Assembly: GCA_964430885.1 (NCBI GenBank)
Contig: CAYSHM010000010.1
Location: 1 to 64,000 of the forward strand
Length of the DNA stretch: 64,000 nt
Reading direction: 5' to 3'
Origin: an uncultured archaeon
GTDB lineage: Archaea > Thermoplasmatota > Penumbrarchaeia > JASLWR01
The position numbers were made by a program, and so were the translations under genes. Under the pieces are notes generated by a model. That model was not told the DNA's origin. It searched no databases and saw nothing but the letters and a program-made list of their open reading frames with translations. Shown in pieces: positions 28,904 to 39,100 of the stretch. The stretch's first letter is position 1. Each line of letters begins with the position of its first letter.

Positions 28904-31900
28904 CTAAAGCCAATCAAGATCCTCATCATCCTCGAAGGAATCGAAGCCCTTATCCCCTTCATATCTGTTTCTGCTCCTGCTGCGGGACCTCTTTTCTTTG
29001 GTATTTCGGATGCGCTTTGTCTCTTTATTACCTTTTCTTCGGGGACGTTCCTTTTGGTTCTTGGATGAACTTTTCCTCTTCCTTGCCTTTTCCTTCAGCC
29101 TTTGTCTTCTTCTTTTTGAGCGGGAATTGCCTCTTCTCACATCCGGGGTTGCCCAGTCTTCAGGGAAATTATCATCCTTATCATCCAGGTGTTCACGGGT
29201 ATCCTCCTCAGTATCATCATCTCCTTCATCATTCCACCATTCATCCTCAGTCCCCTGGTTAAAAGATGTTTCTTCATGTATCTCATCAGCTTCATCCGCA
29301 TCATCAATTTTTTTTTCCTCTGCGATGTCTTTGTCGTCTATGCTGCCTTCTTCAATACCCAAGCCAAAATCATGATCCCTTTCTTCCTCAAAATCATGGA
29401 TAGCCTTCTCCCTATCCTCATCCTTATCAAACTGTTCCTCGGAAGCACCTTCTTCATCATCCTTACTTCTAACCCTGAGCCACATTAGAATAATTATCAA
29501 GAAAAGAATTACAATCAGTATTACCAGCAGATAAACTATGCTCTTGTCCACTCCTTTATTGGTATCTTTGGAGCTGCGGCCCTCATCATCACCTGTTGTA
29601 TCGTCATCCCCTGTGCTGTCATCATCACCTGTTGTATCGTCATCACCAACAGGGTCGGTGGATTTGTTGGGTATTGTCAGATTGGCCCAGATCAAATGCT
29701 TCAGATCCTCGTTGCCATATTTGTCAAAAGTGGAAACTGCATAATAATAGGTATTTCCCGGAATCAGATCAATATCGGTCCACTTTGTGGTGTTTTCATC
29801 AAATGTCACAGTCCTTACCGGTTCAGCACCATCCAGGTATGAAGCTTCATATCTAAGGCGGTATATATTAAATCCCATAATATCGTCATCAGCTTCATAT
29901 TCCCATTCAATTACCGTTGTATTGGCCTTAGTAGTATGAAGAGATGCACTCAGATTGATTATCTTTGCCGGGGCCTTGTCGTCAATGGAGGTCCCGTTGA
30001 CCACATGGAAATAATCCATATTCGCTTTTCCATCATTATCAACAGCCACAACTGCGTAGAAATAGACCTTCCCGTCCTCAACTGTATCATCCACATATTG
30101 GATGTTGTATACCCCATTGTTCGGATGGTCCATCTCAGCTACTGGTGTCAGCCCATTCAGTGTGAGTATGTATTCACTGGAGCGGTATAACCTGTAATGA
30201 TCAACATCATTCTCCAATGCAGGGAACCAGCTGATCTCCAAGGAACCCTCATCATCAATCTTATCACTTGCCGATAATCCCCTAACAAGTACTGGATACA
30301 GGTCGATATTGAATTCATACGCAGAAGGTAGACTGACCGCACCATACTCATCCTGGGACCAAATTGTCAACCGGTAATGACCGTTTTCATCTAGATCCGC
30401 ATCAAATTCGTGCTGCATGTCCATTATCTCTATCCCTGACATGATAAGGTAGCTGATATTGCCTTCAACTAATTCCAGATCAAAAAGATATCTAACCTCA
30501 TCACCGTCAGCGTCCAGGGAGCAGTTGAAGCTGAAGCTAGGCCTTAGAGAATTGGAGTTGTTGAATTCGAATCCCTGAATTGCATCTGGTGCACCATTTC
30601 TAAGGATGAAATTTAAACTAACCATATCCGATACCGCACCTCTATCATCTTCGGCCTGAACTGATACATTGTAGCTTTCATCAAACTCAAGGGTATCATT
30701 GAATTCCAGATAAAGATCATCTGTAACTGCTTCCCATTTCCAATGGGATTCAGGATTGCTCAGCACGAAATTATATGTGACATCATCTAGGTCCTGATCA
30801 GCACTAGCGTTCCAATGAAACACTGGTGTCAAGGAATGGTTGGATTCCAATCTCAGAGCCGAAGGTGATTCCGGAACATTATTGATTATTGGACCCGGCA
30901 TGAAACCAGTGATGCCGTCAGGATCCAAGGCATTATAACCCTCTATATCCCTTGCCAAGAAGCTGAACCAGGGAGTAGTCCCGGGCGGGAAGGCAGTGAC
31001 AAATTGATATTGGCAGCCATCCGTATAATTAAAATCTATCAGGGTCTTCTCCATCTGGAAGGTCCCTTCAAACATCCCATCGAAGGAGTCCTGGGTATCC
31101 CCGTCTCCATTCAGATCCAGAATGAACCTTGGAGGACCGTCGGGCATTCTATTGAAGGGTGAAGAATATTCCATATAGAAAGTGAAATTGGTATCGCTGT
31201 CCCCCTCAAGGGGCCAATAGCAAACACCTGAACCCGGTTGGGATTCAACGAAGTGGATGGAAGGGGTGTAGGTTTCCTTCTCAACCTCATAGCTGTCAGT
31301 CAATATCATATCCAGATTAAAATATCGGTTGCTTACATTTATTGATGTATCAAGAACATAATTTTCACCATTGCCCAAAATTCTGACATGTGTCCAATCT
31401 GAGGGAACTGAAACATTGACAGTTAAAGGATGATCATAAACTTGTTCATCCATTGTTGAGTTCAAAGAAAGAGTAAAGGCATTGTCCCTGAGTTCAGTGA
31501 TGTTCACCTGGGTATTATCACGGGTTTTTATATATTTAATACCGTTCACCATTGGAGTTACCCATAGAGTTGATCGGTGATTGGCCAAATAATCCAGATG
31601 AGGAATGAATTTGGATAGAGGATTGGGATCGTAACCTCCTCCCTCTATGGCATGTATCATCTCTATCAGCCATCCGTTCATTCCCACTGCGTCATTGACA
31701 AGTCCGTTGATATGAGATAATGACTCCACTTCACCGAAGTTGCAGGGGATTAGTTTGTACATATCCTCTGGAGAGCTGGGGAGGGGTACAGGGGGGCCAG
31801 TCAGATTATGATCATCTGCCCTTCCTCCGATAAAATGCTGTCTCACCAAGTTCAGTACGTTAGAATTATAAGAGCCGTAAGGATAAGCGATAGTGGGGCA

Positions 31901-32392
31901 ATCCCTGGTTGTGAGGTTCTGGATGATATATTGCTTGGCATTGACCGTTTCGTTATACAATTCTTCCGGTGAAAGGGTTGCTAGATCAGGGTGGGTAAGT
32001 GTATGACAACTGATCTCGTTCCCATCCTGAGCCATCTGGTTTATCTCATTCCAAGGCATCCCGTAGTCGCATCCAACCACATCAAGATAGATATTGAATG
32101 TCCCTGCAAGCCCTCTGTTTTTCAAGAGCGGAGCTGCGTAATAACTGTGATTGGCTAAACCATCATCGAATGTGAGGGAGACCGCTGCTGCCTTGCTGCC
32201 GTACCAGGTACATATCTCCCCTGTGACCTCAAGATCCCTAGTCAGGGATTCAGTTAATACCTGTTCTTGATCTAGAATCACATGCGTCTGATTTGATCTA
32301 ACACTTGCATCCATGGATCGAAGATTCGGTACAATGATCAACAATACTGCTATTAAAGCCATAATTACAATGACACGATTGTTTCCTTTCAT
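28904..32392 (-). CDS. Membrane-anchored polysaccharide deacetylase (CE4/NodB) with FN3/Ig-like stalk and long charged cytoplasmic tail
   Basis: Signal peptide. AVSLTFDDG, EISCHTLTHPDL, IAYPYG, GWLIEMIH. FN3-like repeats (YFYAVVAVD, YYYAVSTFD). TM at VYLLVILIVILFLIIILMWL. Start set to ATG 32392. Confidence 0.88.
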   Translation of the reverse strand: MKGNNRVIVIMALIAVLLIIVPNLRSMDASVRSNQTHVILDQEQVLTESLTRDLEVTGEICTWYGSKAAAVSLTFDDGLANHSYYAAPLLKNRGLAGTFNIYLDVVGCDYGMPWNEINQMAQDGNEISCHTLTHPDLATLSPEELYNETVNAKQYIIQNLTTRDCPTIAYPYGSYNSNVLNLVRQHFIGGRADDHNLTGPPVPLPSSPEDMYKLIPCNFGEVESLSHINGLVNDAVGMNGWLIEMIHAIEGGGYDPNPLSKFIPHLDYLANHRSTLWVTPMVNGIKYIKTRDNTQVNITELRDNAFTLSLNSTMDEQVYDHPLTVNVSVPSDWTHVRILGNGENYVLDTSINVSNRYFNLDMILTDSYEVEKETYTPSIHFVESQPGSGVCYWPLEGDSDTNFTFYMEYSSPFNRMPDGPPRFILDLNGDGDTQDSFDGMFEGTFQMEKTLIDFNYTDGCQYQFVTAFPPGTTPWFSFLARDIEGYNALDPDGITGFMPGPIINNVPESPSALRLESNHSLTPVFHWNASADQDLDDVTYNFVLSNPESHWKWEAVTDDLYLEFNDTLEFDESYNVSVQAEDDRGAVSDMVSLNFILRNGAPDAIQGFEFNNSNSLRPSFSFNCSLDADGDEVRYLFDLELVEGNISYLIMSGIEIMDMQHEFDADLDENGHYRLTIWSQDEYGAVSLPSAYEFNIDLYPVLVRGLSASDKIDDEGSLEISWFPALENDVDHYRLYRSSEYILTLNGLTPVAEMDHPNNGVYNIQYVDDTVEDGKVYFYAVVAVDNDGKANMDYFHVVNGTSIDDKAPAKIINLSASLHTTKANTTVIEWEYEADDDIMGFNIYRLRYEASYLDGAEPVRTVTFDENTTKWTDIDLIPGNTYYYAVSTFDKYGNEDLKHLIWANLTIPNKSTDPVGDDDTTGDDDSTGDDDTTGDDEGRSSKDTNKGVDKSIVYLLVILIVILFLIIILMWLRVRSKDDEEGASEEQFDKDEDREKAIHDFEEERDHDFGLGIEEGSIDDKDIAEEKKIDDADEADEIHEETSFNQGTEDEWWNDEGDDDTEEDTREHLDDKDDNFPEDWATPDVRRGNSRSKRRRQRLKEKARKRKSSSKNQKERPRRKGNKETKRIRNTKEKRSRSRSRNRYEGDKGFDSFEDDEDLDWL
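29583..29647 (-). repeat. 18-bp-period tandem repeat encoding a (GDDD[TS]T)n juxtamembrane linker
   Basis: Protein reads GDDDTTGDDDSTGDDDTTGDD. The DNA unit tcatcatcacctgttgtatcgtcatc occurs twice. Confidence 0.7.
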
Positions 32393-32499
32393 ATTACGAC
32401 CAGCCTTATTGATTTTTAACAATTGTTTATTTAATGTCTAACCAATAAATTGATTTTCAACGAGCAGATTCTCAATTTTAAAAATGTAATTCCCACTTC

Positions 32500-34458
32500 T
32501 CAGGACCACTCCACCCCTTTCTTCTTGGAGAAATCCCCATCAACATCCTCATCCTCCCAATCCATTCCGCTCTGATAGTCATCCCAGGCCTCTCGGTAGC
32601 TTATGGGTTTGCCCTTGCCGGCCCCTCGGTAACGGCCCCTTCCCTTTTTCCTTCTTCTTCTGGTCCTTACAGCCTTGATATTATCGTTTGCGACTGTGAA
32701 ATCCACTATCTCATCGTAATGCACTCTGCGGGATGAGCGTATGGAAGACGGGGCTACTTGTGCCTTCTTTTCATCAGCGCTATACGCCCTGGTTCCGTAA
32801 AGCTTCTCGGCCTCATCAAGATTGTAATCTTTTGCTATCATATTCTGAAGCCTCCTCTTATGCTCCAGGGAGAGCTCGTAGAAGTAATAACTGATAACCA
32901 GCCATGTGACATATCTCAGAGGCAGTTTCTTCTTGATCCAATCTTTTATGGAACGGGATTTCAGTTTCAAAACAAAATTGTGACATCTTTTCGCTTTGGA
33001 ATTCAGACCTTTCATCGCTGCAAACAGGTTACCCATCTCAAGCCAGGAGCCACTGTACCCTACATTTGTCTTTACCGCACTTTGATAATAAGAAATCGCT
33101 TTTTCCACCTCATTATTCTTGATGGCTATTTCAGCTTTCTTCAGCCAGATAAACTCAGCGCCCTTGATGCTCTCATCTACTTTTTCTTCCTCCTCAGCTT
33201 CCTTTTCATCCTCTTCCTTTACTCCCTTATTTTTATCACCTGACTTCTGAGAAGTGGTCTTCAGATCCAATATGTCAGTGTACTTTTGCAGAATAGCTTT
33301 TCCTTGTTTCCTGCTCAGACCCGAAGGATCGGCATTAGTACTAGAAGAAAAACTTCTCTTCATATGCTCCATAAATCCAACTCTGCGGGGATCGTCAATA
33401 TCCGTCAATGGATTATGATCAAGAGCAAGATCAATGGCCTTTAAGCTGTAATAGATCTCATCATCCTCAAGATAGCTGTAGCTGTTGACGATATGTTTCT
33501 TCATTCGATCTATATTCTTCTGAAGTTTCATATCCTGGGCTCTTTTTATTGAATACAGCAATAATCCCGCGATCATCATCAGGGTAGCAGTACCAATTAT
33601 CAGTATTGTTATCTCCCCTGACACACTAGCTTCCTCCCCAGCAAGGAAATAGAATATGAAGTAAATGAAATTTATCATTAGACCGAGTATCCACAGGTTG
33701 AAAAAACCGAAGGTCTTCGATATCAGGTCCATCTTCTGGGATTGGAGTATGGAAGCTGCAAAGAAAATTGGAAATCCTATGATTGCTACACCTGAGAGCT
33801 GAACGAACCAGGCAATACCCAGATCTCCCATATCCAAAGAAAGCCTTACTAGAACTGTCAGCATGAGTGAGGAACCTATAATATGCAGTGCAATGATAGG
33901 CCAATATATTCTGCGAATATACCTCCTATTGAAATATGCCAATAGCAAAGATATCGATAGTATGACCGCTCCTATTATCACCTTGCCGGACAATATCCAC
34001 GCAGAGTGAATGGTGTAAACCAAACCCAAAGGGCCCAATATAATAAATAAATAATAGGAAACGAACTTAGTGCAGTTGGGATGAAGAGCAATATGACGGA
34101 TCTTGATGAATTTGAAAATTGAAACGCAGAGGAAAATGAACAGAATTCCGAGGGACATCCATTTCAGAACTGGATCTGGTTCTCCTTCGATACGGAGAAT
34201 ATCTTTCAGAGATGCCATTGTGTCCGAGAAAATTAAAAACATACTCGCAAACAGCGCAATGATCGTAAAAGCATATACAAAGTTCAGATTGATAAGATAA
34301 TCATCCACCAATGGAATTCTGCAATCCCTGCACAATATTTCCCGACTCGTAATTCCCTCATTTCCGCAAGCAAAGCATCTGCGTCCTCTTTTGGAGGTGC
34401 ATTTTCCCTTTTTTCTTTGCTTATTCTGAGTGGAATCTTTATTTTTCTTCCCGCTCAT
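32500..34458 (-). CDS. Polytopic membrane protein with N-terminal zinc ribbon, C-terminal TPR-like helices and basic/acidic tail
   Basis: CFAC...CRDC at the N-terminus, ~9 hydrophobic segments, TPR-like WLKKAEIAI...AISYYQSAVKTN...SWLEMGNLF. Confidence 0.75.
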   Translation of the reverse strand: MSGKKNKDSTQNKQRKKGKCTSKRGRRCFACGNEGITSREILCRDCRIPLVDDYLINLNFVYAFTIIALFASMFLIFSDTMASLKDILRIEGEPDPVLKWMSLGILFIFLCVSIFKFIKIRHIALHPNCTKFVSYYLFIILGPLGLVYTIHSAWILSGKVIIGAVILSISLLLAYFNRRYIRRIYWPIIALHIIGSSLMLTVLVRLSLDMGDLGIAWFVQLSGVAIIGFPIFFAASILQSQKMDLISKTFGFFNLWILGLMINFIYFIFYFLAGEEASVSGEITILIIGTATLMMIAGLLLYSIKRAQDMKLQKNIDRMKKHIVNSYSYLEDDEIYYSLKAIDLALDHNPLTDIDDPRRVGFMEHMKRSFSSSTNADPSGLSRKQGKAILQKYTDILDLKTTSQKSGDKNKGVKEEDEKEAEEEEKVDESIKGAEFIWLKKAEIAIKNNEVEKAISYYQSAVKTNVGYSGSWLEMGNLFAAMKGLNSKAKRCHNFVLKLKSRSIKDWIKKKLPLRYVTWLVISYYFYELSLEHKRRLQNMIAKDYNLDEAEKLYGTRAYSADEKKAQVAPSSIRSSRRVHYDEIVDFTVANDNIKAVRTRRRRKKGRGRYRGAGKGKPISYREAWDDYQSGMDWEDEDVDGDFSKKKGVEWS

Positions 34459-34585
34459 GCATCCAACAACCTATTGTATATTTTCGTGAGTATACATTTC
34501 CAATATTCTTATGGAATTCGAATTTAATTGCATACTCTCACTCTAACCACTATTCCAAATCAAATGAAGTATTCATTTGTAATCA

Positions 34586-36130
34586 TTATTTCAATTTCAC
34601 AGTCCTTCTTCCCCAGTGAATTTTGATCCCTAAACCAGTTATATATTTGAAATAAAGGAAGGCTGCTAACATACTGTAGCCCATATCATATAAGATCTTG
34701 ATAGGCAGATAACGATATGTTCTTCTCCCTTCCTTGTATTGACTTAAAATAAGTATCCTGACAATAAAATATACCGTGAATATCATGATGGTTCTCACTG
34801 AAATAAAAACAAATAGATATTGATTGACGTACAATGCAGGTAAAAGAATTATGATAAGGGTCATTATACCCAAGAGAAAAAGCAGGTAAACAAAATTAGC
34901 CACCCAGGTGAAATACATATAGATCCCCCATGGATTCTTTTTTAGAAAATCCTTGTTCTCCCTCCATGATTGATACTGCCCATAGATCCATCTTTTCCTC
35001 TGGTTATACCAAGCTTTCCATTTTGTCGGGGCCTCGGTTCTTGAAACAGCAGTAAGGGCAGTTCGTGTTTGATAACCGCTGCCCAGAACTGTCTGTGTTA
35101 GATCTACATCTTCGCAGCATGTCCTATCCTGACATGAATATCTCTTGGCCAGTTCAGATCTCATTCCGAATACAGGACCGGGTTCTATCAGTACGTTCCC
35201 CATATCACTCTGAGGTATTCTGATCAGATGCTGGGTAAGTATATATTCCATTTGCTGTAATTTAACCAGATAACCCTTGTCAGTATTCCTTATTAGAACA
35301 AATCCTCCGACAATACCCGCGTGAGGATGTTTCTTGAACTCGTTGACAATGTTGGTGACGCAGTTCTCATCGAAATGTGAATCTCCGTCGGTGCTGACAA
35401 TTATCTCACCAGTAGCCTCCTTCAGCCCGAAATTAATGGCACTGGCTTTGCCACCGTTGGGTTTTTTAATCACCTTTACTTCACGGGTGTCGCTTTTACC
35501 TGCGAGGATCTTGCTTATAGCATAGGTGTTGTCTTGAGAGCCGTCATCAACGATAATAATAACCATATTACCAGGGTAATCCTGAAGATAGGCATTCTCA
35601 ATTGTCTGGGCTACATTCTGCTCCTCATTAAAACACGGTACTATCAATGATACATCCGGATTGTAATCCTGTGGAATCGGCTTCTGTCTCACATGGAGTG
35701 GAAAAGCAGCTTCTCTGTCAACACCTATAGGTGATTTATCCGTATAGTTACGGGTAAGTTTGAAGATGTTTCTTTTTTTCCGTGTTTTGGACAAACCTTC
35801 CGGATCGGTTATGTATTTCCCATTATCAACTCCACCGGATTGCCCCACCTTTCTCTCATATCGTTTGGTCAAACTCGACCATATTAGGAAGAATATAACT
35901 GGAAACATGCTAGCTACAAGGAAAAGATAATAAAAACCATCGATGAGAACCAGCATTAGTAGAGAGAAGGTTCTTTTATTGAACAATCCCAGTATCTGCT
36001 CATCTGCCTCCTCCTCGGACATATCCTCACTGGGATCCCTTATATAGTACCCAAAAGAATTGGGGATCAGAAACATAGGAAGTATTATGATCAAACTTAT
36101 TATAAATGCGGTAATTCTGATGCTGGCCAT
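34586..36130 (-). CDS. Processive family-2 glycosyltransferase (PgaC/IcaA/cellulose-synthase superfamily)
   Basis: VSLIVPCFNEE, IIVDDGSQD, NGGKASAIN, TDGDS (DxD), LQQMEY, CEDVDLT (catalytic base), TEAP, QRKRW, then C-terminal TMs. Start overlaps the upstream stop (TAATG). Confidence 0.92.
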   Translation of the reverse strand: MASIRITAFIISLIIILPMFLIPNSFGYYIRDPSEDMSEEEADEQILGLFNKRTFSLLMLVLIDGFYYLFLVASMFPVIFFLIWSSLTKRYERKVGQSGGVDNGKYITDPEGLSKTRKKRNIFKLTRNYTDKSPIGVDREAAFPLHVRQKPIPQDYNPDVSLIVPCFNEEQNVAQTIENAYLQDYPGNMVIIIVDDGSQDNTYAISKILAGKSDTREVKVIKKPNGGKASAINFGLKEATGEIIVSTDGDSHFDENCVTNIVNEFKKHPHAGIVGGFVLIRNTDKGYLVKLQQMEYILTQHLIRIPQSDMGNVLIEPGPVFGMRSELAKRYSCQDRTCCEDVDLTQTVLGSGYQTRTALTAVSRTEAPTKWKAWYNQRKRWIYGQYQSWRENKDFLKKNPWGIYMYFTWVANFVYLLFLLGIMTLIIILLPALYVNQYLFVFISVRTIMIFTVYFIVRILILSQYKEGRRTYRYLPIKILYDMGYSMLAAFLYFKYITGLGIKIHWGRRTVKLK

Positions 36131-39100
36131 TATTTTTCCCCTCCTTCATTCCGTTTCTCTGATCCATTAACACTGCTCAAAAGGAGGGTTTCCAATTCAT
36201 ATATCTCATTGAGTACAAGGCTCATATTGTTTGTCCACCCAATAGGGTCATCAGCCACCCTTTGATAAGAAGCTCTGCTTTTATTTTTTATAAAAAACAA
36301 ACTAATAGCCAACAGACACGTTATCAATAGGATCGTTATTATTAAAGTATAAAGATAAAAATCACCAGGTGCAAAACCGAATATCAGATTATCTTCATTC
36401 CCCTGACCATCACCCCCCGAAGTGACCGCTGAGGAAGAGTTGATGTCTTTTTTATCGATAATTTTTTCATCCTCATCCTTTGTTTCAAAACTATTATTGA
36501 TAAGGAATCCCTTCTTCTCAGTTATTATAATCCGAGACCAGGTTCTATCATATTTTCCGAAATCGTCATAAACGCTCAAGGTTATATTGAAAACCCCAGG
36601 GCAACGGTAAGTATGAAAACAATCTCTGGTATAGGAAAAGGTACCATCACCAAAGGTCCAAAAATATCCAGTAATAACTCCATCAGGATCAAAAGATTCC
36701 TTGCTACTGAATTTCACAGGTTGGCCTTCATAGCATTCTTCAATTGAACATTTATCCAACCATATTTTTGCGCTAGGTGCCAAATTCTCCACCATGAATT
36801 CATCTGATTTTATACCTTCATTCCCTCCTGAATCCACTGCAAAAACCCTGAATCTAAAACGTTCGCTCCTTTTTATGTTATTAAAATCATATTGACATTT
36901 ATCTCCCGCAGTAACGGTTAGCACTTCCCACCCCTGCATATTCTGGGAGGTATATTGAAGAATATATATGTCCACTACTCCGCCACCGGCATCTTCGGTA
37001 GAATTCCATTTTATAAAATACCCCATTAATTCCCGATTATCCTCGGATAATCTTACCTCTGCTACGAGACTGTTTACCTTATAAGGACGGATGCGGTCAA
37101 TAAGTACGGGAATTTCAGCTACGGAATAATATCCTTTGATACCTGTATTTCCATATGGAATAATTGTCAAATAAATCTCGGTGTATTTTTCGGTAATACC
37201 TTGGAAGGTGAAAGTTGTAATATTTCCTTCAAGAGTATAATTGAGAATATTTTCTTTGTAGGGTGCATTTCCTATCAGGATCCGGGTCCAATTCAAACCG
37301 GATGGAGAGTTTCCGATCATATCCCAATCCCACTTGATGGATTGGGGACCTGTCGCTAAAATGGTAACAGATATCAATTTGCGGTCCGGAACGGGAGATG
37401 AGCATCTTATTCGATATGAATCATGGTGGAAGGTATGCGTGCCCAATGAACTATTCCTGCCCAGGTTATCTTGTGCACAGATACCGAATATATGAGATCC
37501 GTTTTCAACTCTTGGAACCTGTATCTCCAGAAAACCTCTGTCAATGTCTACAGAAGAAACCTTATAGCATTCAGCGGAACCTTCGTCTACGTTCCACCAG
37601 TATCTTCCAATATTGAACAGGGGATCATTGTTATAGATATCTATCAATTCTATCCTGAAAACAGGGCAGGTTTGGTTGCTCCAGCCCTCTAATAGGTCTT
37701 CCGGCAATGGGGTTGGAATTTCAGGTAGACATGGGTAGAACTGGACCGCATCTTCCTGATAAGGATCCAAAGACTGGTTCCCTGGCAGGGTCAGCCGTGC
37801 ATAAAATCCATATTCATCTTCAGATTGGACCACCTTGAGGAGGATGCGGTTAATTCCCTGTTTAAATGTGACTGGAACGACGAACTCATCTGCCCAAGCA
37901 CAATTTGTTTTTCTTTCCTCCAATAGGATAAGTTCACCGTTCAGCCAAACTTCTATCCCGTCATCCGCACCTATCCTAAGTTCATACTCGCCCTTTTCCC
38001 TGGTAAGTATGTTTGAAAATGCGTAGATGCTGTTATATTTCAAGTTCAGATCTTCCTCAGCAAGGTCGATATAATCACAGGGACTAGTATACTGATACCA
38101 TTCCAAACCATTCTCCACATCCCCGGGTGATGGTGACTCATCCCAGAAATCCCCAGACCCCGAATCATACAAATTACCTGTATCCAATTCAATATATTGA
38201 TTCTCCAAAGCATGCGGGTAATCAAGATTTGAAAAAGGACCTAGGAAAAGCCATTCCTTTTGTGTTCTGGGAACTTCAAGAAATTTAAAATAATCAATTG
38301 ATAATACAGTGGATGGGTCCGGAGAATCCTCAAGGATGAGTTTTAAACCAGTTATATTTAAACACTCTTCAGTATTATTGGCAATCCTGATCCATCCAGG
38401 ATGTTCTTCAAGTCTAATACCAATTTTATGAAATTCGTTATCCGGCGGTACTATGAAGCGGACCTTTTCCTGATCATTTCCAGGATATGTGATGCCTGCT
38501 TTGTTAGTCCATTCGAATAATATCGTTACCGGCTGTGCTCCTGAGTTCTTCAGCCTAGCTTCTATTGAAGTATTTACTGAAGGGTCCAATTGAACTAGAG
38601 GAGATCTAAGATAGGTCCCAGCAGTAAGATCATGGATATCCCACCGGCCATCCATAGGATAATCATTTCTACGGGGAAAAATCTCCCACCCATCCTTCAA
38701 TGTAGGTCTGTCGAAATTCCAGCAATTTTTCATAACCGGTACATCCATGACCTTGAGAGGTGAAAGCAATTTCTCCGAGAAAACGCTGTCTCTTATAGCC
38801 CAGCCATAATTGGGATAGTTTTTAAAGTACCAGTATTTGAAAAGGCAAACCCCCTTGGCCCCCTCCTGTCTAGCAATGGTGATCTGGTCCTTCAACAAAT
38901 CGATTCCCTGCTCTTCTGTGTTTACAGACCCATGAGCAGAATTTTCTGGTGTATAAACATAGGTTCCAACGTAAATGTTCTTACCATTGCAGTGATCCAC
39001 ATGATTGTCTGCACAGCTCCTGAAACTCGATCTACTGGTTGTGTAGGTCATCGGCGTAAGATAGTCCACCAGATTCTCCTCGGTCCATCTTCTGGCATCC

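Noticed and set aside
34586-36130. Specific call as chitin synthase/NodC, cellulose synthase or pgaC
   Set aside because: The motifs (CEDVD, QRKRW) show a processive GT2, but it lacks the chitin-synthase EDR motif and a PilZ domain. Product linkage cannot be read from the sequence, so no gene symbol was given.
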